Shown piece after piece: positions 7,924 to 17,510 of a DNA stretch of 64,000 nt. The DNA is taken from the IMG/VR virus record IMGVR_UViG_3300036715_000626, positions 62,001 through 126,000 of that record. The stretch is one strand, 5' to 3'. Under the pieces are notes generated by a model, which worked only from the letters and a program-made list of their open reading frames with translations, had not been told where the DNA came from and searched no databases. The position numbers were made by a program, and so were the translations under genes. How positions within the stretch are numbered: the first letter of the stretch is position 1; every line of letters starts with the position of its first letter.

Positions 7924-9786
7924 TTAATAACGACCGAAACCCATATTAGAGTATCCGGTACCGAAGTTCGGCCCAGCGCTAATATTTTGACGAGCAAACC
8001 CAGAGGCATTTGTAATACCAGTGTTTTGATAGTGTTGTCCAACAAGACCGATATTGGTGTTTTCTGTAAACACGATTTCTGGTTCGTAACGAACATCAAG
8101 ACCGGCTGCTGTTGCTGCGTTTGCAAGAGTTGTGATAAAGTCAGCTGTGAATGTAACACGGATAGCTTTACCAGCGATTTCTGCATCAGGCATGATGCGA
8201 GATATGACATCTACACGATTGATAAATGGATCAGATCCACCATTCAAATCACGTGGAAGTGATGAGTAGACATATTTGTTCATAACCGCGGTATCACCAT
8301 TTTTAGCGCATACGAATGCCAAGTCGACATCACGGATATCGCGCTCACCAGATTTATCAGCCCAAACACCAGTAGGTACAACAACACCAGAAGTAGCGAA
8401 GATGTTACCGATTGGGAAATCTGATGGGAAGTTACCATCTGTCAACCAGTTAGCTGCTGCGATAAGCTCTTTAGCCGCTGCTGTTTTGTTTTCGTTGTTA
8501 CCCGGTTGGGCCGCCTGTGAGAATATCGAAAGATATGATGTTTGTGGTCCGAATGACGGAATATCCAAAGATACTACCGGCGCAAGACTGAACATTTGAC
8601 CAATGATCCCGTAGATTTCATCTGTGGTATTTTTCTTACTTGTAAGATCAAGTACCGCGCCGATACCATTAGGATTACCTTCAAGGTTGGTGATCATGTT
8701 CAATACACCTGGGGTACGATCGTTACGTGGAGTAAGAGCTGCCATCCACATATTCTTTTGAGTCATAACCATACCGGCGATCAAACCAAGAAGTGCGAAA
8801 CCTGTTGTAGGCATAGCCACCGCATCACTTGTAATCACAATATGTGGTTTAAGACGTAGTTGTGATACCATAGGCATACCTGGAACTTGCGTTTGAACAT
8901 TGTCAGGAATAGCATCGATATAACCAGAAACCGCAGCAAGTGTTTGACGACCAGTGTCAGCGTTCAACGAATGGAATTGTTGTTGTGTGTTAACACGTAA
9001 CAATTCGATACGCCAGTCTGTACGTACTGGGCGACCTGATTCATCACGAGATACAGGGTTACCCATATTTGACTCTATTTTAAGCATTGATTCACCAGAA
9101 CGACCGACCGCTTCACGGATATTCAAATCACGGGTTGTGCCGCTCGTAAGAGCTGCTTCTACGTTCAACGCGTTGAATGCAATTGGCGCGATACGACGCG
9201 CAAGCGTCGCAACATCTTCATGTGTAGCATGTACGACAAGACCGTCAACGGTGACAAATTCAGTATTTTCACCGTACTCTTTAGAAAGTGCAGATACGAT
9301 GATACGCATCAATTCAGAATCGATTGCGTCGTCAGTTGTGAAGATAAATGGACGAGTATTTGTTTTAATCGCTTGGTTAACTTCATTTGTGATTTCGATC
9401 GCTTTCATAGGACGGCGACCAGTGTCCTCGAGAAGTAACGTATAGTAGTTAACTACGCCGCCGTCCGATTTAGAAATCACGATAGTGCTGTACGCAATAC
9501 CAGTAAAAATTTCTTTGTCAATAACCGTCACACGAGGACGTTGTGCGGTTAGAATTGGTTTGAACGTTTCCAACAATGCGTTACCGATGTTCATAGTATA
9601 TTCTGAACCTTGGTTAGTGGACATTGTGTAAATGTCACGACCGCCAAAACCTATTCCCATAGGGGTTTGCATTTTAGCACCCATATTTGATTTAAGATCT
9701 GCAACTGCTGCGGCTGTTTGCGTAGCTCCTACTGAAGCACCTGCGTTTGGTTTTTGATTGTTGTTAGCATCTGAGTTTACACCCAT
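7924..9786 (-). CDS. chmA: phage nuclear shell protein chimallin (phiKZ gp54-like)
   Basis: 620 aa; flexible N- and C-terminal tails; G.PVR.D motif; lies upstream of nvRNAP beta' as in Chimalliviridae. Confidence 0.8.
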   Translation of the reverse strand: MGVNSDANNNQKPNAGASVGATQTAAAVADLKSNMGAKMQTPMGIGFGGRDIYTMSTNQGSEYTMNIGNALLETFKPILTAQRPRVTVIDKEIFTGIAYSTIVISKSDGGVVNYYTLLLEDTGRRPMKAIEITNEVNQAIKTNTRPFIFTTDDAIDSELMRIIVSALSKEYGENTEFVTVDGLVVHATHEDVATLARRIAPIAFNALNVEAALTSGTTRDLNIREAVGRSGESMLKIESNMGNPVSRDESGRPVRTDWRIELLRVNTQQQFHSLNADTGRQTLAAVSGYIDAIPDNVQTQVPGMPMVSQLRLKPHIVITSDAVAMPTTGFALLGLIAGMVMTQKNMWMAALTPRNDRTPGVLNMITNLEGNPNGIGAVLDLTSKKNTTDEIYGIIGQMFSLAPVVSLDIPSFGPQTSYLSIFSQAAQPGNNENKTAAAKELIAAANWLTDGNFPSDFPIGNIFATSGVVVPTGVWADKSGERDIRDVDLAFVCAKNGDTAVMNKYVYSSLPRDLNGGSDPFINRVDVISRIMPDAEIAGKAIRVTFTADFITTLANAATAAGLDVRYEPEIVFTENTNIGLVGQHYQNTGITNASGFARQNISAGPNFGTGYSNMGFGRY

Positions 9787-10009
9787 AATATCTCCTTGGA
9801 TAGTTTGTCGACAAACTACGATTTGTTTGTATAAGTATAACTTACACTATCTAAATGATATGTGGTTATTTTTTATTCTAAAAACATATTAATTAGATAT
9901 TTCGGTCACAGCGGGTTGTGTATCTACACCATTAGATGTAGTTTACTTTTATCATATATATAGTTATATGTTTAAAAAAATATTTTATTGATTACTTAAA
10001 GGAAATTAC

Positions 10010-11104
10010 ATGTTTAGTTACTTTCTAAATAATAACATAGACACTACTGAATATGTTGTTAAAGAATACTCACGGTTTGAATATTTCCAACGTCGGTACC
10101 GTCACGAACTTGATAAAGTAGTAAACTATTATAAATTAAGAGAACGTACTGTTAACAATAGACACATACTGAGCAGATTAGTCAATATGATAGCTCCTAA
10201 TATAAATCTCGATGATGTTACTTATTTAAAGATAGTAACCGCTACTGCTAAATACGTTAGTAAACAATTTGGTATTACCAGTACTATCAACTATGGAATA
10301 GCTCATGAGAGTATATTTTATGGGCAAAATTCAACAGAGTTACTTATATACACAGAGACAAGTATAGACTTAGCATATGTTGCTAAAAACTATGATGCTA
10401 TAGCTAGTGTAAAACCTATCTATCATGAAGATACCGATTTAGACTATTATGTACCTATGGGTACTAAGGATTTACGTAAACCATCTTTATCTGTTTTTGA
10501 AATAGATATCGTTATGATGCTGATGCAATATAAATACTGGGCTCTTGACAGAATCTATTCAGACCTCGGAACTAACCCCAATGTATTTGTAGCGACTGTC
10601 GTTATTCCTAATATGGTTTACCAAACATTTGATTTAGCCTTATGGAACAGATTTGTAGCTATTCACCGAACGGATTATATTCCTAAGTTTGTTATTAAAC
10701 ACCCATTCCCACTTATAAACTTCGATGATAAAGCGGATAATATCTACCGCGACATCTTAAAATATGTTAGTAATAATATAATACCTCTCAGAGGTCTTTT
10801 AGAGACTATTCCAGCTGCTTATTCTGTTAACATGGATAATGTACTTGCAATAGATATAAATTACTATACTGCTCAATCTGAATGGGTTATATGGTTATCC
10901 CGTATCTTTGTAATAAACGATCTTATTGATATCCTTGGTGAAAAAGGTCGTATTAGAAATGTTCTTTTAATAAATGAGCTTCCTGTTAAAATGCGTTTAT
11001 TAGATAACCGAAGTACTAGACTTGAAGGTATGTTACCTGAAGTTATTTACAATAGATATATCGATACTATCAATTCTATTAAAGAAAAAGTAGGAAAAAG
11101 ATAA
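10010..11104 (+). CDS. conserved phiKZ-like protein next to chimallin
   Basis: 364 aa, AAAGGA RBS, divergent from chmA. Confidence 0.75.
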   Translation: MFSYFLNNNIDTTEYVVKEYSRFEYFQRRYRHELDKVVNYYKLRERTVNNRHILSRLVNMIAPNINLDDVTYLKIVTATAKYVSKQFGITSTINYGIAHESIFYGQNSTELLIYTETSIDLAYVAKNYDAIASVKPIYHEDTDLDYYVPMGTKDLRKPSLSVFEIDIVMMLMQYKYWALDRIYSDLGTNPNVFVATVVIPNMVYQTFDLALWNRFVAIHRTDYIPKFVIKHPFPLINFDDKADNIYRDILKYVSNNIIPLRGLLETIPAAYSVNMDNVLAIDINYYTAQSEWVIWLSRIFVINDLIDILGEKGRIRNVLLINELPVKMRLLDNRSTRLEGMLPEVIYNRYIDTINSIKEKVGKR

Positions 11105-11109
11105 GAAAA

Positions 11110-11180
11110 AAATAGGCTGGATTCGAACCAGCGACCGATAGCCCTTGCGGGCTATAACTCTACCACTGAGCTACTATATA
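11110..11180 (-). ncRNA. anticodon-less tRNA-like small RNA
   Basis: TAGCTCAGTGGTAGAG D arm; ATAGCCC-GCAA-GGGCTAT in place of the anticodon arm; GCTGG-TTCGAAT-CCAGC T arm; weak acceptor, no CCA, ends in a T-run. Confidence 0.7.
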
Positions 11181-11183
11181 ATA

Positions 11184-11192
11184 ATAATATAG
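11184..11192 (-). promoter_or_regulatory. putative early promoter driving the tRNA-like RNA
   Basis: CTATATTAT with upstream TTATAACC and A/T tract like the other copies. Confidence 0.65.
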
Positions 11193-11221
11193 GGTTATAA
11201 ATAAATCAAAATAAAAAGGTT

Positions 11222-11252
11222 AAGATAGCACTACCATTGGTAGTGCTATCTT
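11222..11252. terminator. palindromic terminator
   Basis: 15-bp arms, 1-nt centre, directly after the stop of 11253..11555. Confidence 0.7.
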
Positions 11253-11555
11253 TTAATCTTCATATCCGGAACCGCCACATACATCGCATGTTTTTTCGCA
11301 ACGTCGGTTATCGTCATCGTAAATATCATCATCTACAACACCGGTGCCGCCACATCCATCACATTTATTTTTCTCTTCGTAAGCCATAGTACCCTCCTTT
11401 AAAGAATCTGCTTCTTGACAAATTTGTTTATACGAATTCCGTACTAAAGTCATATACCCGCTACCACCACAATTACTGCATGTTTCTGTAACATTATTGC
11501 TCTTAACATATCCTGTGTGGTTACACGTCGGACACCCAACACTAACACTACCCAT
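11253..11555 (-). CDS. DnaJ-type cysteine-rich zinc-finger protein
   Basis: Four CxxCxGxG-like repeats. Confidence 0.75.
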   Translation of the reverse strand: MGSVSVGCPTCNHTGYVKSNNVTETCSNCGGSGYMTLVRNSYKQICQEADSLKEGTMAYEEKNKCDGCGGTGVVDDDIYDDDNRRCEKTCDVCGGSGYED

Positions 11556-11581
11556 ATAAACTCCTTTGTCATTACAACTTA

Positions 11582-11590
11582 ATAATATAT
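11582..11590 (-). promoter_or_regulatory. putative early promoter
   Basis: ATATATTAT upstream of 11555. Confidence 0.55.
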
Positions 11591-11592
11591 AA

Positions 11593-11778
11593 TTATTCCC
11601 ATGCGGAAATAATCTTTTTATTAGGTACTAAAGTTAATATCCACCCGGTACCTATACACGTAGGACAGATACGTGTAACGATACCATGCTCGGCCTCAAA
11701 CTCTTCTGGGAGTTGTCCTGTGCCAAAACATTCTTTACAATATTCTTTACTCTCTGTAAACCCTTCAATCGTGCACAT
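11593..11778 (-). CDS. small DnaJ-type zinc-finger protein
   Basis: CKECFGTG and CPTCIGTG. Confidence 0.7.
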   Translation of the reverse strand: MCTIEGFTESKEYCKECFGTGQLPEEFEAEHGIVTRICPTCIGTGWILTLVPNKKIISAWE

Positions 11779-11786
11779 AAATTCTC

Positions 11787-14237
11787 CTATATCGTTGTTA
11801 ACTTCATATTGGCATTTACACTTTTCACATCTCCGTACATACTAGGATCCCCTAAGATATTAATATCGCTATTAGTAAATCTTCCATACATACTTTCAAA
11901 ATGCGATACCATGAATATCTGTTTAAAGTGTCCTGCGAAAATTGATTCTATTATATCGTATGCCTTAACTCGATGATGTTTATCAAAAGTTCTAGCAAAC
12001 TCATCCAATATAAGCGGTGCGTCGATTATCTTAGAGTATTTAATAAATACTATTTTAAAAGCTAAATCCACTATCTCCTGCATAGAACTAGATAGTTTAC
12101 TAACATCTTCTATTACTTCACTTCCATCTACTCTAACTGGAAATTTATAATCCAAATCACTACCTTCTGAAATAGTCGAAGGTAATATCTCTATATCGTA
12201 AGACCATACTTTAGATATAATGTTATTCATATCCCGAATATAGTTATTTAAAAAACTATTAATACTTTTAGCGATAATGCCTTCAGAAGGAGATAACTCT
12301 TTTACCAACAACTTAAGAACCTTTTCTTTGGTGGTAAGTATTTCTATTTCATTAGTATCGTTAGTTATCTTGTTAACATACGTATTGTTAGATGCTATGC
12401 GTTGTTCTATTTCAGCCATTTGTTGTTTAAGTTGTGAAACAAGGTCTGTAATATACTTATTACGTACTTGATCCACTGTTACTCCGATACCACGATTAAT
12501 ATTCTTTAGAGTAGTTCGTAACTCAAAATGAGCTTTCTCTATTTTAGTTAGATCTGATATTAGTTTATTATAACCTATAATTTCTTGTTGTTTAGAATAG
12601 ACTATTTTAATATAAGAACTTAGATTTGTTTCTAGTTCTTCTATATTCTTAAGATTATTTTCTTTTATTATCTTGTTAATGGTTTTGATATTTTCAAGAT
12701 CTTTTTCTAACATCTTAAGTTGCTTACTCTTTTCGGCGATACTACACCATTCTTCTAAACGGTTCTTAACCATATTGAGTTTATTAACAACTGAAGCTGA
12801 ACTTTCTTTAAGATTAGTCTCAGTAAGGATATACGTCCATATAGGACGTACTAGAGGAATAGAAAGACTGTAGGTATGTAATTCCTTAACTAACTCTTTG
12901 TATTCGTTATAAGTAGTCAATACGAGACTGTTACTATCGATATAGGTTCTTAACTTATCAAGTTCTACTTTAAGTATATCTTTATCTCTTAGAAGTATCT
13001 TTTGATTATCTTGGTCAAAATGATGATACCAAGAATTACCACATTGTTTACACGATACTTTATTTTCATCAGTTTTGTGTTTTTCAATATGTTCTAACTC
13101 TTTAACAATAAGATTATAACGAGTTTCTTTAGCTTTGTATTCTTTACTAGCTATATCTACCGAACTCATAAGTTTTACCATCTCAGAATTATCTTTATTT
13201 ATGTTCTTATATTCGTCAAGTCTCGCTAGCACACCTATGACTTCAAAATATGTATCGTTTATAACGCTATATATATTTTCTACGTTATCAAGAGTTACGC
13301 CATCTATAGTTAGCTTACTTTCGGATATTAATTTTGTTATGTTTAATATCTCGTGTGTTAGCTCTTCTTCGGATTTAAGAGCTTTACTATCAAAGCTACT
13401 TAGTTTATCCTTAATAGCAGTAATACTGGAATTATAAAAGATAATTTCATTTTCTAATATACTTATTTTACTTTTTATATCATTTACATTAACCGTTAAT
13501 AACCCAACATTAGAACTGTATATTTTGGTTATCTCTCTATTAGCAATGTTTAACTTATCGTACATACTATCTAAGTCTACCGCTCTGTCTACATCGTGCT
13601 TGTAGAGCGAGATAAGATATTCTACATAATTAGATAACATGACCAGATTTGTTTTATAACGTTCTAGTTCTTTATCTTCAATAACAGTAGATTTTATCTT
13701 TAAGATATTCTCTTGTAATATTTTAATACCACCAACGATATCTCTGTGCCTCTGCCGTAATTCATTATATACTCGTAAAGGATATGTGTAGTCGATGTTA
13801 GATATATCGCTAAAGACTTTTTTACGTTCTACCGCCGGCATTGAGGTAAATTTAGTATTTCCTAATAAGATACTGTGTATGTAACCAGTAACTTGAAAAT
13901 GTTCTTTAACCAATTCAATCTGAACTGATTTAGTACCACCTTGATTTAACTCTGTGTTATTAAATAAAAAACTATGTTTATTACCTAACTCACCACCAGA
14001 ACTTAATATATAATAACTGTTGTTATGTTCTATTTCGATTATCTTGTACCCACCTTCGTTAAACTCGCGTTTAAGATCAGGTGGGACTGGTGTTAACATG
14101 TATAGTAGACTACTCTTACCTTGACCGTTACCACCAAGTATCAATTGTATATTTTGTTCTGGAGTATATTCTAACGTTTCAATATTGGATAAAAATAATC
14201 GTTTGTATCTAAATAAAATTAATTTCTTAATTACCAC
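11787..14237 (-). CDS. SbcC/Rad50-like SMC ATPase
   Basis: Walker A GGNGQGKSS; coiled coil with CKQC hook; LSSSMQE signature; LILDE Walker B. Confidence 0.9.
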   Translation of the reverse strand: MVIKKLILFRYKRLFLSNIETLEYTPEQNIQLILGGNGQGKSSLLYMLTPVPPDLKREFNEGGYKIIEIEHNNSYYILSSGGELGNKHSFLFNNTELNQGGTKSVQIELVKEHFQVTGYIHSILLGNTKFTSMPAVERKKVFSDISNIDYTYPLRVYNELRQRHRDIVGGIKILQENILKIKSTVIEDKELERYKTNLVMLSNYVEYLISLYKHDVDRAVDLDSMYDKLNIANREITKIYSSNVGLLTVNVNDIKSKISILENEIIFYNSSITAIKDKLSSFDSKALKSEEELTHEILNITKLISESKLTIDGVTLDNVENIYSVINDTYFEVIGVLARLDEYKNINKDNSEMVKLMSSVDIASKEYKAKETRYNLIVKELEHIEKHKTDENKVSCKQCGNSWYHHFDQDNQKILLRDKDILKVELDKLRTYIDSNSLVLTTYNEYKELVKELHTYSLSIPLVRPIWTYILTETNLKESSASVVNKLNMVKNRLEEWCSIAEKSKQLKMLEKDLENIKTINKIIKENNLKNIEELETNLSSYIKIVYSKQQEIIGYNKLISDLTKIEKAHFELRTTLKNINRGIGVTVDQVRNKYITDLVSQLKQQMAEIEQRIASNNTYVNKITNDTNEIEILTTKEKVLKLLVKELSPSEGIIAKSINSFLNNYIRDMNNIISKVWSYDIEILPSTISEGSDLDYKFPVRVDGSEVIEDVSKLSSSMQEIVDLAFKIVFIKYSKIIDAPLILDEFARTFDKHHRVKAYDIIESIFAGHFKQIFMVSHFESMYGRFTNSDINILGDPSMYGDVKSVNANMKLTTI

Positions 14238-14302
14238 AATATCTCCTTATAGTTCTTACTTAATTTGGTCTTTTATAAAAACTATTTAAGAAAAAAATAC
14301 CT

Positions 14303-14332
14303 AGTTAGTAACGGGATATCCCGTTACTAACT
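14303..14332. terminator. palindromic terminator
   Basis: AGTTAGTAACGGGA-TA-TCCCGTTACTAACT. Confidence 0.7.
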
Positions 14333-15156
14333 TAGTCTTGTTTATCCGTGTTATGGTCGATAACTCTTTTGTAAGTTTCGCTAAGCCATGTTTCAGCATC
14401 AGCTAAAGATAATACCACGTCATCATTAAGATCACTTACGTAGTTGAACATGACAACATTATCTTCAATTACTGTATCAAGGTCGTACATGTTCCAATTT
14501 TTAATATAGGTACCTTCTTTATAGCCATTTGCACTACGTACTAGGTTAAGTGCGTTTTTACCAATATACAGATTTACCATATCGTTAAAACTAAACGAAT
14601 AGTACGTCTCTAACAGGTACTGGATATAATATATGATTTCCAAGTTTTCAGGTAACCTCATAAGACTGTCGGATAACAGTTGGAGTAAATTATCCACATT
14701 ATCAGAATTGGTTCGATGCGTTTCGGTAATAGTATTAAGATCGTCTTTATGAAGTTCTAAAAACTCTTCATATGTATAGACTTCTTCAATACGCGCAATT
14801 GCTGCCGTAATCAACGCCGCGTTATCGTACTCTACTTGTTGATCCTCAGGAAGTTCTGAATTGATTTTCAAAATATCTTTCGCCAACGAAGCCAGCATCA
14901 AACTGATAACAAAATGCCATAAATCAACATACTCGATTTTAAAGTTGTTGATATCCGAAACCATGTCGATGTCTTTCCAATGTTTCCATGGAAAACAATC
15001 CAACATTTCAGATGCTTCCATACTGATACACGTCACCCAGTTAATTTCTTTACCCTTATTGGTAACTCCTGTGATCCATTCATCTCCACTGGTAGCTGTG
15101 TTTAAACTTGCTTGTAACTCTGCAAGTGAAATCAATATCTCTTTTTGTTTTGTCAT
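14332..15156 (-). CDS. dimeric (all-alpha) dUTPase
   Basis: E..E...FPWKHWK; IEYVDLWHF; Y..KNALN..R..NGYKEGTY.K.W; EDN motifs. Confidence 0.85.
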   Translation of the reverse strand: MTKQKEILISLAELQASLNTATSGDEWITGVTNKGKEINWVTCISMEASEMLDCFPWKHWKDIDMVSDINNFKIEYVDLWHFVISLMLASLAKDILKINSELPEDQQVEYDNAALITAAIARIEEVYTYEEFLELHKDDLNTITETHRTNSDNVDNLLQLLSDSLMRLPENLEIIYYIQYLLETYYSFSFNDMVNLYIGKNALNLVRSANGYKEGTYIKNWNMYDLDTVIEDNVVMFNYVSDLNDDVVLSLADAETWLSETYKRVIDHNTDKQD

Positions 15157-15184
15157 ATGGAACCCTTTGTGTTATTATATATAA

Positions 15185-15193
15185 ATAATATAT
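15185..15193 (-). promoter_or_regulatory. putative early promoter of dUTPase
   Basis: ATATATTAT motif. Confidence 0.6.
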
Positions 15194-15206
15194 GCTTAAT
15201 TATTAA

Positions 15207-15626
15207 TTGGAACAAAAATATAATAAGGGATTGATTGTGGCTAAAGAAGCTATCGTTATAAATTTAAATCTAACTGATACGAATGTGTTCATATGTTTTA
15301 ATAGTAATGCCTATAGTAAGGTATACAATAGTCTTGTAGGTGATTATGAGGATTTACATACAGATGGCGTAACTACAGAAATAATGAATACGCGTACTAA
15401 AAAAATAAGTTACATAATTGGACTACAATGTGATTTTGATACATACGATCTTATAAACACTAAAGCTCTATTAGTACACGAGTTGTCACACCTAGTAACC
15501 ATGCATATGAAAGTATTTAATTTTAATTGTGATGAGTTCAGATCGGTACTATTACAGCACTTATATTTAGAGACTATTCCAGCATTAGACAACTATTACG
15601 ACAAAAAAAACAATACCAGTAACTGA
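15207..15626 (+). CDS. hypothetical protein with HExxH (possible zincin metallopeptidase)
   Basis: LLVHELSHLV; start codon uncertain. Confidence 0.6.
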   Translation: MEQKYNKGLIVAKEAIVINLNLTDTNVFICFNSNAYSKVYNSLVGDYEDLHTDGVTTEIMNTRTKKISYIIGLQCDFDTYDLINTKALLVHELSHLVTMHMKVFNFNCDEFRSVLLQHLYLETIPALDNYYDKKNNTSN

Positions 15627-15646
15627 ACCATCAAGGTTCAGTTACT
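15618..15646. terminator. bidirectional terminator
   Basis: AGTAACTGAACC / GGTTCAGTTACT between convergent ORFs. Confidence 0.65.
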
Positions 15647-15846
15647 TAGTTTTTTCTTTTTAGCTAGCAATCTAGACAATCTAGCTTTTTTTTGCTGCTC
15701 TTCATACTTCCTACGGTCGAGATCATTAAGTCTAGCTATATGAAGCCTAGCTATGTGTTTCACGACTATAACTTTATAGTATTTATAACTCTAACTTTGT
15801 GTTTAGGTTTACCCTTAACAATAGTTGTCGTAATTTGTATTTTCAT
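15638..15846 (-). pseudogene. small basic protein interrupted by a 1-nt frameshift
   Basis: GGAGG RBS; MKIQITTTIVKGKPKHKVRVIN... stops after 26 aa, while the -1 frame continues YKVIVVKHIARL...KKLSN. Confidence 0.4.
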
Positions 15847-15870
15847 AATATCCTCCTACCACTTTTAACA

Positions 15871-16329
15871 TTACTTTAATAATATGTAGTTATAATTCTC
15901 TAAGACTATATAACTACTGTCTCCATGATACCATAAGATATCCACTTGAAATTTTTCTACTTTACGGAATACCTTAGGCAACTCTTCTTCTAAGAATTCT
16001 ACAATAGTAGTTTCTATCTCATCTTTGTTTTTAACTAAGTAATCACTAAGATTACTAACATCAAGATTTTTTCTAACACGAGAGGTTCTGTAACTAAGTG
16101 AACGTTTAGAAGTGATATCTGAACGTACATAAGTTGCGTCTCTACAATAGAACCTGTTTACAAAGGATAGTATTGTTGTATTGTTATGTGGTGTTTTAAT
16201 CATTACTTTAAAACTAACATCGTTAGTATTATCATTAGAGTTTACCAATACACTGTTCAGCATACTCTTAACGTTATCAACGATAACCCCACATACATCA
16301 AAATCATTTACAACTATATCTTGAACCAT
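15871..16329 (-). CDS. hypothetical protein
   Basis: 152 aa ORF with AGGG RBS. Confidence 0.7.
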   Translation of the reverse strand: MVQDIVVNDFDVCGVIVDNVKSMLNSVLVNSNDNTNDVSFKVMIKTPHNNTTILSFVNRFYCRDATYVRSDITSKRSLSYRTSRVRKNLDVSNLSDYLVKNKDEIETTIVEFLEEELPKVFRKVEKFQVDILWYHGDSSYIVLENYNYILLK

Positions 16330-16389
16330 CTTGTTTCCCTATAACTGTTATATTAACTATCAACTAAAAAAAAATAAGTTAGAGGGAGA

Positions 16390-16692
16390 TTAACTCTCCC
16401 ACTTAACTTCGGTTATAACTGCCGACTGTGTGTTCGGACAGTTATACATAATTCTACCTTTTTCAAGGTAAATCGGTTTTATGTTATACGGGTTCGCGTA
16501 GACAAAACGCGTATCGTATGTTAATTTAAATAACATAATGTACCATATCCACCCAATGGTGCCATGGAAGACATCATACCAACGCCCAGTACTTTCTTGA
16601 ATGTCGATGATATCACCAGTATCATTGACAACTATATTAAATTGTACACCCGAGATAGGGTCTACAAATCTACCCTTATAACATATTTCCAT
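16390..16692 (-). CDS. hypothetical protein
   Basis: 100 aa ORF with AAGGAG RBS. Confidence 0.7.
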   Translation of the reverse strand: MEICYKGRFVDPISGVQFNIVVNDTGDIIDIQESTGRWYDVFHGTIGWIWYIMLFKLTYDTRFVYANPYNIKPIYLEKGRIMYNCPNTQSAVITEVKWES

Positions 16693-16706
16693 AATACTCT
16701 CCTTAC

Positions 16707-17048
16707 TTATGCGATACGTTGTTTACGTATCGCAATGTTAGCGTGTGATGTAGTATAGATAGCATCTCTGATATCTAATACGTTATAATACGGCTTACGT
16801 TCAACTTTCCAGCCTTCACTTACTAGCCGAGATGATAATCCATTCAGAGGAACGTAAGTTCCTCCAAATGATGTACGTGATAGAAATACATCGCCATTGT
16901 CATCTACTTCTACGTAGTTAATACAATGGATATTTTCACCGATATCGGCACCTAATTTCACTTCTCCTGTAGGAGAAGTAAATACCCATAAACCTACAAT
17001 TCCGATTGTGCCATCTTTTTTATGGCTATCTCTAATAATTACAGACAT
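16707..17048 (-). CDS. hypothetical protein
   Basis: 113 aa ORF with AAAGGA RBS. Confidence 0.7.
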   Translation of the reverse strand: MSVIIRDSHKKDGTIGIVGLWVFTSPTGEVKLGADIGENIHCINYVEVDDNGDVFLSRTSFGGTYVPLNGLSSRLVSEGWKVERKPYYNVLDIRDAIYTTSHANIAIRKQRIA

Positions 17049-17083
17049 TGTTTATCCTTTTCTTTCTAGTTTAATCTACAGTT

Positions 17084-17092
17084 ATAATATAG
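17084..17092 (-). promoter_or_regulatory. putative early promoter
   Basis: CTATATTAT motif. Confidence 0.6.
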
Positions 17093-17132
17093 AACTATAA
17101 AATATTGGAAATAACAAATATGTACTTAAGTA

Positions 17133-17381
17133 TTATACGTTACTATCAGGTAGTCTTTCCCATACTCCATTACGTAAGTAACCATGCCATCTTAACCCAT
17201 TCCATTCAGTAACTAATATACTAGGTTCAACACTTATACTTTTATTATCATGCTCAATTACCGTATGTGCTTCTAAATTACAAAACATAAACATTTCTTT
17301 ATTCTCAGTAGGTATCCTACCGTACCATATACCATCATGCTTAATAACTTGTCCCGGTCTTAATGTAAATAGATTTAGCAT
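17133..17381 (-). CDS. small protein, DUF6527-like
   Basis: H.V......ISV.PSIL.....WHG.L.NG.W pattern. Confidence 0.5.
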   Translation of the reverse strand: MLNLFTLRPGQVIKHDGIWYGRIPTENKEMFMFCNLEAHTVIEHDNKSISVEPSILVTEWNGLRWHGYLRNGVWERLPDSNV

Positions 17382-17510
17382 AGGTTAAATTCCTTTAATT
17401 TGTTATATAATAATAATTCACTTATAAATATTACTTTATTAATAAGATATATATGATACTAATAATTTAAACTTAATTAAACTTATATTATTTTATAATT
17501 ATTTATTATC

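Noticed and set aside
7887-9445. ORFs overlapping or antisense to chimallin
   Set aside because: Shadow frames produced by biased codon usage of a highly expressed gene
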